Origin: Lysobacter sp. CA196
GTDB taxonomy: Bacteria > Pseudomonadota > Gammaproteobacteria > Xanthomonadales > Xanthomonadaceae
Reading direction: 5' to 3'
Length of the DNA: 64,000 bases
NCBI RefSeq assembly: GCF_052078695.1
Contig: NZ_JBQJIN010000031.1
Coordinates: forward strand, 1,494-65,493
Positions 19,204-27,146 of the stretch are shown here, piece by piece (position 1 is the stretch's first letter; each line of letters begins with the position of its first letter). Made by a program: the position numbers and the translations under genes. A model generated the notes under the pieces. The model ran no database searches and had not been told where the DNA came from. It worked only from the letters and a program-made list of their open reading frames with translations.

Positions 19204-22146
19204 TCAGTACTGCACGCTCAGCCGCACGCCGCTGAAGGCGGTCGCGCCGTGCAGGCTGACGAACACGTAGCCGGCCGGCGGGTTGTTGACGGTCAACGTC
19301 TCGGTGTTGCCGCTCGCCGTCGAACGATAGTTGTGCGCCGAGCGCGTGGCCCAGGCACCCATCGTGTTGACGTAGAGGTCGGCATTGCCGGTGCCGCCCG
19401 AGGTGGTGATGCGCAACTGCGTGGTGCCCTGCGGCACGTTCACGAACATATAGACATAGCCGTCGGCCGAGGCGGCCAGGTTGCTGCGCGAACAGTTCCT
19501 GCCGAGCTCGCGAGTGTCGGCCCCGCTGCATTCCGGCAGACCGCCGCCTCTGCTCACCGTCACGCTCTTGGCGACCGTGGTGCGGGCGCCGCGGTTGTCG
19601 GTCACGGTCAGCTGCACCGCATAAGTCCCGGCCGCGGCATAGGTCTTGACCGGATTCGTCGCGGTCGAACTGGTGCCGTCGCCGAAGCTCCACGCGCGCG
19701 AAGCGATGCTGCCGTCGGCATCGGAAGAGCCGTCGGTGAAGCTCACCTTCAGGCCTTCGATGCGGGTGGTGAACGCCGCCACCGGCGGGGTGTTCCCGGT
19801 GCCGCCGCTGACCGTGACCGACTTGCTGGTGGTCGCCGTCGCGCCACGGTTGTCGGTGACCGTGAGCTGCACGGTGTAGGTGCCCGCGGCGGTATAAGTC
19901 TTGCTCGGGTGGGTGGCGGTCGAGCTGGTGCCGTCGCCGAACTTCCATGCGCGCGAGGCGATGCTGCCGTCGGGGTCGGAAGACGAATCGCTGAAGTTCA
20001 CCGTCAGACCGTTGGCGGCATGACCGAAGCCCGCCACCGGCGGCTTATTGGGCGTGCCGCCGCAGCCGGGACCGTCCGGCGTGGCGACGCAGGGCAGCCA
20101 GGCACGGAAGGCAGCGTCGTTGTTGCCGCCGATGCCGCCCATGAAGGTGGCATAGCCGGTGTAGTTGCCGGGACGGAAGTAGCCCAGGATGCTGTTCACT
20201 TCGCTGCGGCGCTGCTCGAACATGAAACGCACCGCCAGATAGCCCCAACGGTAGACCAGGTTCTGGCCGCTGTTGTAGTCGTTCTGGTAGACCCGGCTGA
20301 GTGCGTAAGTGGCGCGTGCGGCCTCGCTTTGCGCCGCGGTGTTGGCCAGGTTGCGATACGAAAACGACATGTACTCGGCGAAGCCTTCGACCCACCACAC
20401 GGTCTTTTGCTTCATCGCCGCGTTGAAGTCGCCGAACATGTTGAAGCGGCCGTCAAGGTAATGGATGTACTCGTGGGTGAGGTTCCAGATCTCGAAGGTC
20501 TGCGGCCGCATCCATTCGGCCTCGTAGGCGATGAAGCGCGCCTGGTTGCCGGTCGCGGCCGGGTTGCCCTCCAAGTACATGCCGCCGTTATTGGTGTTGA
20601 TGCCGTAGAGCGCGCCGGCATAAATGCCGTAGTCGGTGCTGCTGTCGAACACCACCATTTCCAGCGCGGCGTTCTGGTCGTTCGCGACCGGCACGCCGCC
20701 GGTGGCCAGGGTCCGGTGGAAATAGGTCTCTTCGCCGGCGACGATCGCGCAGGTATCGGCCAACTGGGCCGTGGTCATCGACTGCGCGCGCAGGCGCAGG
20801 GTCGGACTGCAGGTGTGGCGGACCGGCAAGGCCGCCGCGTCGACCCGGGCCTTGAAGTCGCACAGGCCGTAGTAGCCGCAGTTGGCCTTGTCGAAGTAAT
20901 CGACCATCTCGCCGATGCCGACCCACAGACGCGCGGTCGGTCCCGACACCGAGGATCGGTCGAGCAACGTCTTCGCCCGCGACTGGGCGATGCTCTTGAC
21001 GTTGCCGGTGTACTGCAGGAAGCGGCCGATTTCGCGGCCGGCGTTGGCCACCAGGTAGTCGTCGGCCTGGCCCAGCATCGAGAAATGCGTATTGGCGAAG
21101 TTGTACAGCGTGTCGACGATCGAGGGATCGGCCTGCACCGCGGTGCGGAACGCCTCGTCCTGGTGGCCGCGGAAGGTTACGTTGTAGGCGTTGTTGACCG
21201 CCACCTTCATCCAGTAATACGCGTTGTAGCTGCTGTTGTAGCTGTCGAGCAGGCGCTTGACCACGTACAGGTAGCGCGCGTTCTCGATCGAGCTGTCGAT
21301 CAGGGTGACGAACTCGGCCAGGGTTTCGCCGTGCACATCGTTGACCAGGCCGAAGTTCGCGTTTCCGGCGAAGGCGTCGAGGGCCGGGCGGATCGCATTC
21401 TTCAACGGCGCGCCGTAGCTGCCGACGCTGGTGTCGTAGAACTGCACGTAGTAACCGGCGCGCAGGAACAGCACCAGTTGCAGGGTGCTGCCGGCGTTGG
21501 TGCCGTTGTAGTTGCGCGCGGACGTGGCCAGGGCGTTGGCGACGGTCACCATCTGCGCTTCGCGGAAAGTGCCGTAGGCGGTAGTGCCGCTCAGGCCGAA
21601 CAACTGGTTGATGCAATCGGTGTCGGCGCTTTTGACCGCGGCGACCAGGGCGTCGCCGCTGAGGCTGGCGAACTGGTTGGGGTCGCAGGCCGCCGCGGCC
21701 GCCTGCAGGCTGCGCGCGCTGAACTTCGCCAACGACGGCCGCTGCAGGATGTCGCGGCGCGCATCGGCGCGGTCGTACTCGCTGTCGGCGCGCTCGCGCA
21801 GCAGGGGCTGATAGGGAATGCGCAGCGAAGGTTCGGCGGCGCGGTCTTGCTGGTGGGCACCGAAGATCTGCCGTTCGGTTGCCGGCGCCTTGCGTACCGC
21901 GGCGACGCGTGCGGCGGCGGTCTGCGCGGCCGCGCTATTGCCGGCTACGAGATTGGCGCCGAGGTTGGCGGTGTGCGGCGGCATGGCCGCGACCGCACTC
22001 GATATCGAACTCGATACCGGGCTCGATTCGGCGGATGCGCCGTTCGGCGCGGCCCAGGGCAAGGCATAACTCAGAAAGCTGACGGCGGTAACGACGGCGC
22101 CAAGCATGAGGGCTTGGGTCGGCCCCGGTTTGGGTGCAAAAGACAT
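19204..22146 (-). CDS. secreted microbial collagenase (peptidase M9) with two PKD domains and C-terminal PPC domain
   Basis: HEYIHYLDGRF zinc HEXXH motif of the M9 family. Signal peptide after the MSFAPKPG start (AAGGAGAA RBS). Two tandem ~90-aa PKD repeats and a pre-peptidase C-terminal domain. Confidence 0.8.
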   Translation of the reverse strand: MSFAPKPGPTQALMLGAVVTAVSFLSYALPWAAPNGASAESSPVSSSISSAVAAMPPHTANLGANLVAGNSAAAQTAAARVAAVRKAPATERQIFGAHQQDRAAEPSLRIPYQPLLRERADSEYDRADARRDILQRPSLAKFSARSLQAAAAACDPNQFASLSGDALVAAVKSADTDCINQLFGLSGTTAYGTFREAQMVTVANALATSARNYNGTNAGSTLQLVLFLRAGYYVQFYDTSVGSYGAPLKNAIRPALDAFAGNANFGLVNDVHGETLAEFVTLIDSSIENARYLYVVKRLLDSYNSSYNAYYWMKVAVNNAYNVTFRGHQDEAFRTAVQADPSIVDTLYNFANTHFSMLGQADDYLVANAGREIGRFLQYTGNVKSIAQSRAKTLLDRSSVSGPTARLWVGIGEMVDYFDKANCGYYGLCDFKARVDAAALPVRHTCSPTLRLRAQSMTTAQLADTCAIVAGEETYFHRTLATGGVPVANDQNAALEMVVFDSSTDYGIYAGALYGINTNNGGMYLEGNPAATGNQARFIAYEAEWMRPQTFEIWNLTHEYIHYLDGRFNMFGDFNAAMKQKTVWWVEGFAEYMSFSYRNLANTAAQSEAARATYALSRVYQNDYNSGQNLVYRWGYLAVRFMFEQRRSEVNSILGYFRPGNYTGYATFMGGIGGNNDAAFRAWLPCVATPDGPGCGGTPNKPPVAGFGHAANGLTVNFSDSSSDPDGSIASRAWKFGDGTSSTATHPSKTYTAAGTYTVQLTVTDNRGATATTSKSVTVSGGTGNTPPVAAFTTRIEGLKVSFTDGSSDADGSIASRAWSFGDGTSSTATNPVKTYAAAGTYAVQLTVTDNRGARTTVAKSVTVSRGGGLPECSGADTRELGRNCSRSNLAASADGYVYMFVNVPQGTTQLRITTSGGTGNADLYVNTMGAWATRSAHNYRSTASGNTETLTVNNPPAGYVFVSLHGATAFSGVRLSVQY
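19548..20090. repeat. intragenic tandem duplication encoding two PKD domains (approximate bounds)
   Basis: SRAWKFGDGTSSTATHPSKTYTAAGTYTVQLTVTDNRGA... is repeated as SRAWSFGDGTSSTATNPVKTYAAAGTYAVQLTVTDNRGA... Confidence 0.6.
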
Positions 22147-22522
22147 CGCATTCTCCTTTGATTGGACGTCGGGCCCGATGCGGCGGCATGCGTGCGGCCT
22201 GGCGATCGGGTCCGTGGCTCCGGATTGCGGAAAGTCATCGACGGTCGGACGAGTGGATGAGGGCTGCTCTCCTTGCTCGGTGAGTGGCTGGCTCGGTGGC
22301 CGGGACGCGCGCATCGCGCACGTTCGTGGGGGACGGGACGGCCGGCGGATCCAGGACGGGCGCGGCAGACGTCGCGGATCGGTCGGCGCGCGTTCGCGCG
22401 GCCTTATCCGCCGGGCAGCCGGGTTCGCGGTGCAGGCCTGGCCTGCCCCTCGATCGGTCCCGAGTCTGTTCACCGGCGGGCCCCCTGCCAGGCCGGTCAC
22501 ACGCCTGACATGTCGCCAGGCT

Positions 22523-22555
22523 ATTTTGTATACCGTATACCGTATCTGGTAATTT
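22523..22555. promoter_or_regulatory. AT-rich promoter-like island with tandem GTATAC palindromes (candidate GntR operator/sigma70 promoter)
   Basis: attttgtataccgtataccgtatctggtaattt, with TTGTAT, 17 nt, then TAATTT. GTATACCGTATACCGTATC sits in the spacer. It lies in the 690-bp divergent region between the collagenase and the GntR regulator. Confidence 0.35.
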
Positions 22556-22837
22556 GGCCCGATTCCGTGACGTCAGTCTGCGCAGTCGATCACCGTGCCA
22601 AACAGACGTTCGTACGCCGACGGACGGCGGTCCGCGTCACCGCGCTACCGGCGGCAAGCACATCCACGCGACGGCAGCGACGGCCGCGCGTTCGCGAGCC
22701 CGGATTCGAATCGCCCGACGCTCGAACGCCTCGCCCCTTCCGGCGGTGTCCCCGCCATTTCCCCACTCACGCGTACCCAGGCGCCCGCCTCGCTCGCGGG
22801 CAGGCCGCAGGCGCTGGCGGTTGGGTAGACTGAACGC

Positions 22838-23542
22838 ATGAGCATCGTCCCCCGTTCGCTGTCCGACCAAGCCTTCGAAGTGGTCCGCGAACGCATTCTG
22901 TCGACCCAAATTCCGCCGCTCGCGCCGATCCGCCAGGAGTTGCTCGCCGAGGAACTCGGCATCAGCAAGATTCCGCTGCGCGAGGCGCTGGGCCGGCTGG
23001 AACAGCAGGGCTTGTTGAGTTCGCACCCCAACCGCGGCTTCTTCGTGCCGGCGATGACCGCCGGCGAGGCCGAGGAAGTGTTCGCGCTGCGCCTGAAAAT
23101 CGAGCCCGACGCCGCCGCCCATGCCTGCCTGGAAGCGGGCGAGGACGAACGCAAGGCTGCCACGGCCGCGCTGGCCGCGCTGGAAACGGCTTCGAAGACC
23201 GACATCCACAACGCGGTGCGCTTCAACCGCACGTTCCACCTGTCGCTGGTGCGGCCGGGCGGCCGCCACGTCACCACCCAACTGGTCGAACGCCTGCAGG
23301 TGCTGGCCGAACGCTATGTGCGCAAGCACCTGGAGCCCGAAGGCCGCGAGGCCCGGGCGAGCAGCGAGCACCACGAGATCCTCGATGCCTGGCTGGCGCG
23401 CGACTCCGCGCGCGTGGCCGACCTGCTGTGCGCCCACATCGTTTCGACCTTGAACGATCTGCGCCTGCAACTGGAACAGATCGACCACAGTGGCGAGGCC
23501 GGCCAAGCCAGAGTCAAACGCAGCCGGCGTCCGCGCAAGTAA
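22838..23542 (+). CDS. GntR family (FadR/FCD subfamily) transcriptional regulator
   Basis: N-terminal wHTH EELGISKIPLREALGRLEQQGLL plus an FCD ligand-binding domain. Confidence 0.85.
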   Translation: MSIVPRSLSDQAFEVVRERILSTQIPPLAPIRQELLAEELGISKIPLREALGRLEQQGLLSSHPNRGFFVPAMTAGEAEEVFALRLKIEPDAAAHACLEAGEDERKAATAALAALETASKTDIHNAVRFNRTFHLSLVRPGGRHVTTQLVERLQVLAERYVRKHLEPEGREARASSEHHEILDAWLARDSARVADLLCAHIVSTLNDLRLQLEQIDHSGEAGQARVKRSRRPRK

Positions 23543-23600
23543 ACGCGCGGATCAACGCGCGATCAGTCGGCGCGCGGCCGACCGGCTCGGATCACTCTGG

Positions 23601-24212
23601 TCAATTCGTGCCGTGGTGCTTGCCCTGCCAGGGCCTGTACCAGTCGCGGATGCGGCGGATGTCGGCGTCCATGTCCTCGCCGAGCTGGAACGCCTCGCCG
23701 ATGCCGATGATCTTGTCGGGATAGTGGAAATACGCCGGCACCACCGGCACGTCGGCGGCCTTGGCGATCTTCCAGAAACCGGCCTTCCAGCGCTCCACCG
23801 CCTTGCGCGTGCCCTCGGGGGCGAGGCCGAACCAGAAATGCTCCTGGGCGCGGATCATCGCCGCGGCCTGCTCGATCACACCGTGCGCGGCGCTGCGGTT
23901 GACCGGAATGACTCCGAGCGAACGCAGCAGCCCGCCGAGCAGGGGCACGCGGAACAGCGAATCCTTGCCGAGGATCTTCACGTCCAGGCCCATCGCCGCC
24001 TTCGCCGCGAAACCCCAGACACCGTCCCAGTTCGAGGAATGCGGCGCGCCGATCAGCACCGCGCGCGGAATGTCGGGAAAAGCGCCGACCATGCGCCAGC
24101 CGCCGAGCCGCAGGATGGTGCGGCCGACCCAGCGGGTGAAACGGTTGAAACGCACTTGCGGCACGTTCGGCGGCAAGGTCAGGACGATGTCGTCGCGGGC
24201 TGGCTGCTGCAT
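23601..24212 (-). CDS. lysophospholipid/1-acyl-sn-glycerol-3-phosphate acyltransferase family protein
   Basis: H(X4)D-type acyltransferase motif region (GAPHSSNWDGV) and a PlsC-like fold. Start chosen at MQQPARDD. Confidence 0.6.
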   Translation of the reverse strand: MQQPARDDIVLTLPPNVPQVRFNRFTRWVGRTILRLGGWRMVGAFPDIPRAVLIGAPHSSNWDGVWGFAAKAAMGLDVKILGKDSLFRVPLLGGLLRSLGVIPVNRSAAHGVIEQAAAMIRAQEHFWFGLAPEGTRKAVERWKAGFWKIAKAADVPVVPAYFHYPDKIIGIGEAFQLGEDMDADIRRIRDWYRPWQGKHHGTN

Positions 24213-24222
24213 GCGTGCTCCG

Positions 24223-24636
24223 TCAGTCCCAATTACTTTGCGAACGACCGCGCTTGGTCGTGCTGCGTTCGCGCTTGGCGCCGAGGCGGCGTTCCTTGGA
24301 AGCACGGCTGGGTTTGGTGGCGATGCGCGGCTTGGGCGCGCGCAGGCCGCTGTCGACGAAGGCGGCCAGACGCACGCGGGCGTCCTCGCGGTTGCGTTCC
24401 TGGGTGCGGAAACGCTGCGCGCTGATCACCAGCACGCCCTCGGTGGTCACGCGCCGGTCGCGCTTGCTCAGCAAACGCTCGCGCACGGCCTCGGGCAACG
24501 ACGGCGATTGCGCGATATCGAAGCGCAATTCCACCGCAGTCGCGACCTTGTTTACGTTTTGCCCGCCCGGACCGGTCGAACGCACGAAGCGCTCGACCAA
24601 TTCCTGTTCGGGAATCGTGATCGACAGATCCACCAT
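24223..24636 (-). CDS. arfB: alternative ribosome-rescue factor ArfB (peptidyl-tRNA hydrolase, RF-1 domain)
   Basis: TGPGGQNVNKV GGQ motif and a basic C-terminal tail. 137 aa. Confidence 0.85.
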   Translation of the reverse strand: MVDLSITIPEQELVERFVRSTGPGGQNVNKVATAVELRFDIAQSPSLPEAVRERLLSKRDRRVTTEGVLVISAQRFRTQERNREDARVRLAAFVDSGLRAPKPRIATKPSRASKERRLGAKRERSTTKRGRSQSNWD

Positions 24637-24807
24637 GCTCTCCTCCGCCGGCGATTGTAGACCGGCGCGCGGTCGCGTCCATTACGCGGTATTGACGCAG
24701 GCCGGGCGAAGCCGGGCTTGACCGCGGCGGGCGATTGTGCCGGCCGTCGTTGACGCGGCCGCGGGCGAGGCGGACCATGCCGGGACCGGTCCAAGGAGGA
24801 AGTCCGT

Positions 24808-25464
24808 ATGCGCCAGCGCCTGCCCCGCCCGCTCGCCGCCGTCCCGCTCGTCGCAGTCCGGCTCGCCGCGGTCCGGCTCGCGGCGGTCATGTCCGCCGCA
24901 CTGTTCGCCGCCGCACCGGCGCTGGCGCAGAGCGGCTACCTCGACCCGGCCAACGTCGACGCCATCGCCTCGCAACGCGCGCAACGGCAAACCCTGCAAT
25001 CGGCCCAGGCCATCGCCGAGGCCGTGGTCGGGCGACCGGCGAATGCCACCGACCAAGAAGTCCTGCGCAAGTACTCCGGCGTGCAGAGCGGCTTCATGCA
25101 GCAGTTGCAGAACGCCGCCGGCGCCGCCACGGCGAGCCAGTACGACGACAGCCGCCAGGACAACCGCTACGACGACAGCAACTACGGCCGCGACGCCTAC
25201 GGCAACGTCTACGACCGCAACGGCTTCGAGCAGAGCAACGGCGGCTTCAGCGCTTCCGAGCTGCAGGCCTTGACCCAGTTGTCGCGCACCCCGGAAGGCC
25301 GCCGCGTGCTGGAACAGATGGGGCAGCAGGGCTACGGCGTCGGCGGCAACGGCTCGGGCACACCGAAACAAGTGCTGCGCGACGCCTTCCTGCAGGACCT
25401 GCTCAACGCGGCCTCCAATGCCGCCGCGCGTCCGGTCTATCGCGAGTACCAGCGCCGTCCCTGA
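24808..25464 (+). CDS. secreted low-complexity hypothetical protein
   Basis: AGGAGG RBS and a signal peptide. Gln/Asn/Gly/Tyr-rich mature region. Confidence 0.5.
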   Translation: MRQRLPRPLAAVPLVAVRLAAVRLAAVMSAALFAAAPALAQSGYLDPANVDAIASQRAQRQTLQSAQAIAEAVVGRPANATDQEVLRKYSGVQSGFMQQLQNAAGAATASQYDDSRQDNRYDDSNYGRDAYGNVYDRNGFEQSNGGFSASELQALTQLSRTPEGRRVLEQMGQQGYGVGGNGSGTPKQVLRDAFLQDLLNAASNAAARPVYREYQRRP

Positions 25465-25568
25465 TCTGGCGGTGCTCGACTGATCCCGCAAAAATCCACG
25501 ACGACGGCCGCATTGACGGCCGGCGTACGGCCACGGACGATGCCGTCCCCCTTCAAGGAAGAACACCC

Positions 25569-26129
25569 ATGATCCAGCTGTCCCGCGGTCTTTCCGTCGC
25601 GTTGCTGAGCACCGCGCTGTGCGCGGCGCCCGCCTTCGCCGCGCGCCCGAGCGACGCCCAGATCGACCAGCTCATGCAGTCGATGAACTACGAGCGCATG
25701 AAGGGCGAGATGCTCAAGCAAATGCGCGAACCGGCCGAAATGATGGCCATGGCCGAAGCCGGCGACGGGCTCGACGACAAGCAACGCGAAGCGCTCGCAC
25801 GCAGCCTGGCCCGGCAGATGAGCATGGTCGAGGAGATGCTGGACTGGAAGGCGGTCGCGCCGATCTATCGCAAGGTCTACGGCGAAACCTTCGATGCCGC
25901 CGAAGTGCAGGCCCTCATCGATTTCTACGGCAGCCCGGCCGGGCGCAGCATCATGGAAAAGATGCCGCTGGCGATGGGCCGGACCATGCAGGAACTGCAG
26001 CCGTTGATGAAGACCATGTTCGAGCGCATGCAGCGCGAGCTGCGCAACGAGGTCAAGGACATCGTCGACGGCGACGATAAGGCCGCACCGGCGCCGCCGA
26101 GCCCGCCCCAGCCTGCGACCGGCGGCTGA
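25569..26129 (+). CDS. DUF2059-like secreted protein
   Basis: AAGGAAGA RBS. Signal peptide MIQLSRGLSVALLSTALCAAPAFA. ...AEVQALIDFYGSPAGRSIMEKMP resembles DUF2059. Confidence 0.55.
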   Translation: MIQLSRGLSVALLSTALCAAPAFAARPSDAQIDQLMQSMNYERMKGEMLKQMREPAEMMAMAEAGDGLDDKQREALARSLARQMSMVEEMLDWKAVAPIYRKVYGETFDAAEVQALIDFYGSPAGRSIMEKMPLAMGRTMQELQPLMKTMFERMQRELRNEVKDIVDGDDKAAPAPPSPPQPATGG

Positions 26130-26153
26130 GCCGGCTTCGTCGCTAAGGCGCAG

Positions 26154-26193
26154 GAGCAAATCCCCCCTGCCCCCCTTTGTCAAAGGGGGGAAC
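26154..26193. repeat. REP family 2 element (AGCAAATCCCCC...CCCCTTTGTCAAAGGGG)
   Basis: Copies at 26154-26193, 29962-30019 and 34406-34560. Each sits between 3' ends or inside intergenic gaps. Confidence 0.6.
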
Positions 26194-26237
26194 TGCGCGC
26201 TGGTTCCAAGGGGACGAAAGCCGTTGCGCCAACGCCC

Positions 26238-26999
26238 TCAAACGGCCGGCGGCGCCTCGAACAGGGCCAGGGCCTTGGCGAACTCCGCGTCCGGCGGCGC
26301 CACCGCGACGATGCGCTCGCCGCTGACCGGGTGCAGGAAGGCCAGCCGCTGCGCGTGCAGCAACATGCGATGGATGCCGAGCATGCGGAAGCTGCGGTTG
26401 TGGCGGCCGTCGCCGTGGCTGGTATCGCCGATCAGGTGATGCGACAGATGCTTGAGATGGCGGCGGATCTGGCGGAAACGCCCAGTCTGCGGCTGCGCCA
26501 GCAACAGAGCGTAGCGCGAGGTCTCGAAGCCCGCCGACGGCAAGGCCAGCTCGGCACGCCCGAGGCAACGGAAACGGGTCTGCGCCGGTTTCTTGACCGG
26601 CTTGCCCGGCCCGCCGTCGAGGTCGTGATCGACTTCGAACGCATCCTCGGCCGGCCAGCCGCGGCACACCGCCAGATAGTCCTTCTCGACCTCGCGCGAC
26701 ATCAGCACCTTGCCCAGGGTCGAGGCCGCTTCGCGATCGAAAGCCAGCAACAGGCAACCGCTGGTGGCGCGGTCGAGGCGGTGGACCAGGAAGATCGGCC
26801 GGCCGAATTGCTCGCGCAGGCGGTCGGCGGCGAAGTCGGTCTCGCCGCGCGCGAGGGCGCTGTCGTGAACCATCAGCCCCGCCGGCTTGTCGATGACTGC
26901 GATCGTCTCGTCGGCGTACAGCACCGGCAGGCCGGCGGCGGCCACCTCCGCGCGCGGGTTGGCGTCTGAATCTGGGGTCGAACTGAACGTCGGGTTCAT
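26238..26999 (-). CDS. RluA-family pseudouridine synthase (TruC/RluA-like)
   Basis: ...HRLDRATSGCLLLA catalytic Asp motif and an RluA-family fold. Confidence 0.8.
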   Translation of the reverse strand: MNPTFSSTPDSDANPRAEVAAAGLPVLYADETIAVIDKPAGLMVHDSALARGETDFAADRLREQFGRPIFLVHRLDRATSGCLLLAFDREAASTLGKVLMSREVEKDYLAVCRGWPAEDAFEVDHDLDGGPGKPVKKPAQTRFRCLGRAELALPSAGFETSRYALLLAQPQTGRFRQIRRHLKHLSHHLIGDTSHGDGRHNRSFRMLGIHRMLLHAQRLAFLHPVSGERIVAVAPPDAEFAKALALFEAPPAV

Positions 27000-27146
27000 G
27001 AGGCCGTACACGGGCGCTAGGGTGGTCGACCGCTATCTTCGTCTATTGCAGCAGGGCCTCCCAGAGCGCCATCCAATATTTAGCGCTCGCGCAGCGCCCG
27101 TCGAACCTTCAACGCTCCCAGCGCCATCGAACACTTCAGGACTCAC

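Noticed and set aside
19180-22161. 993-aa plus-strand ORF antisense to the collagenase
   Set aside because: Shadow ORF. The collagenase frame has an HEXXH motif, PKD domains, a signal peptide and an RBS.
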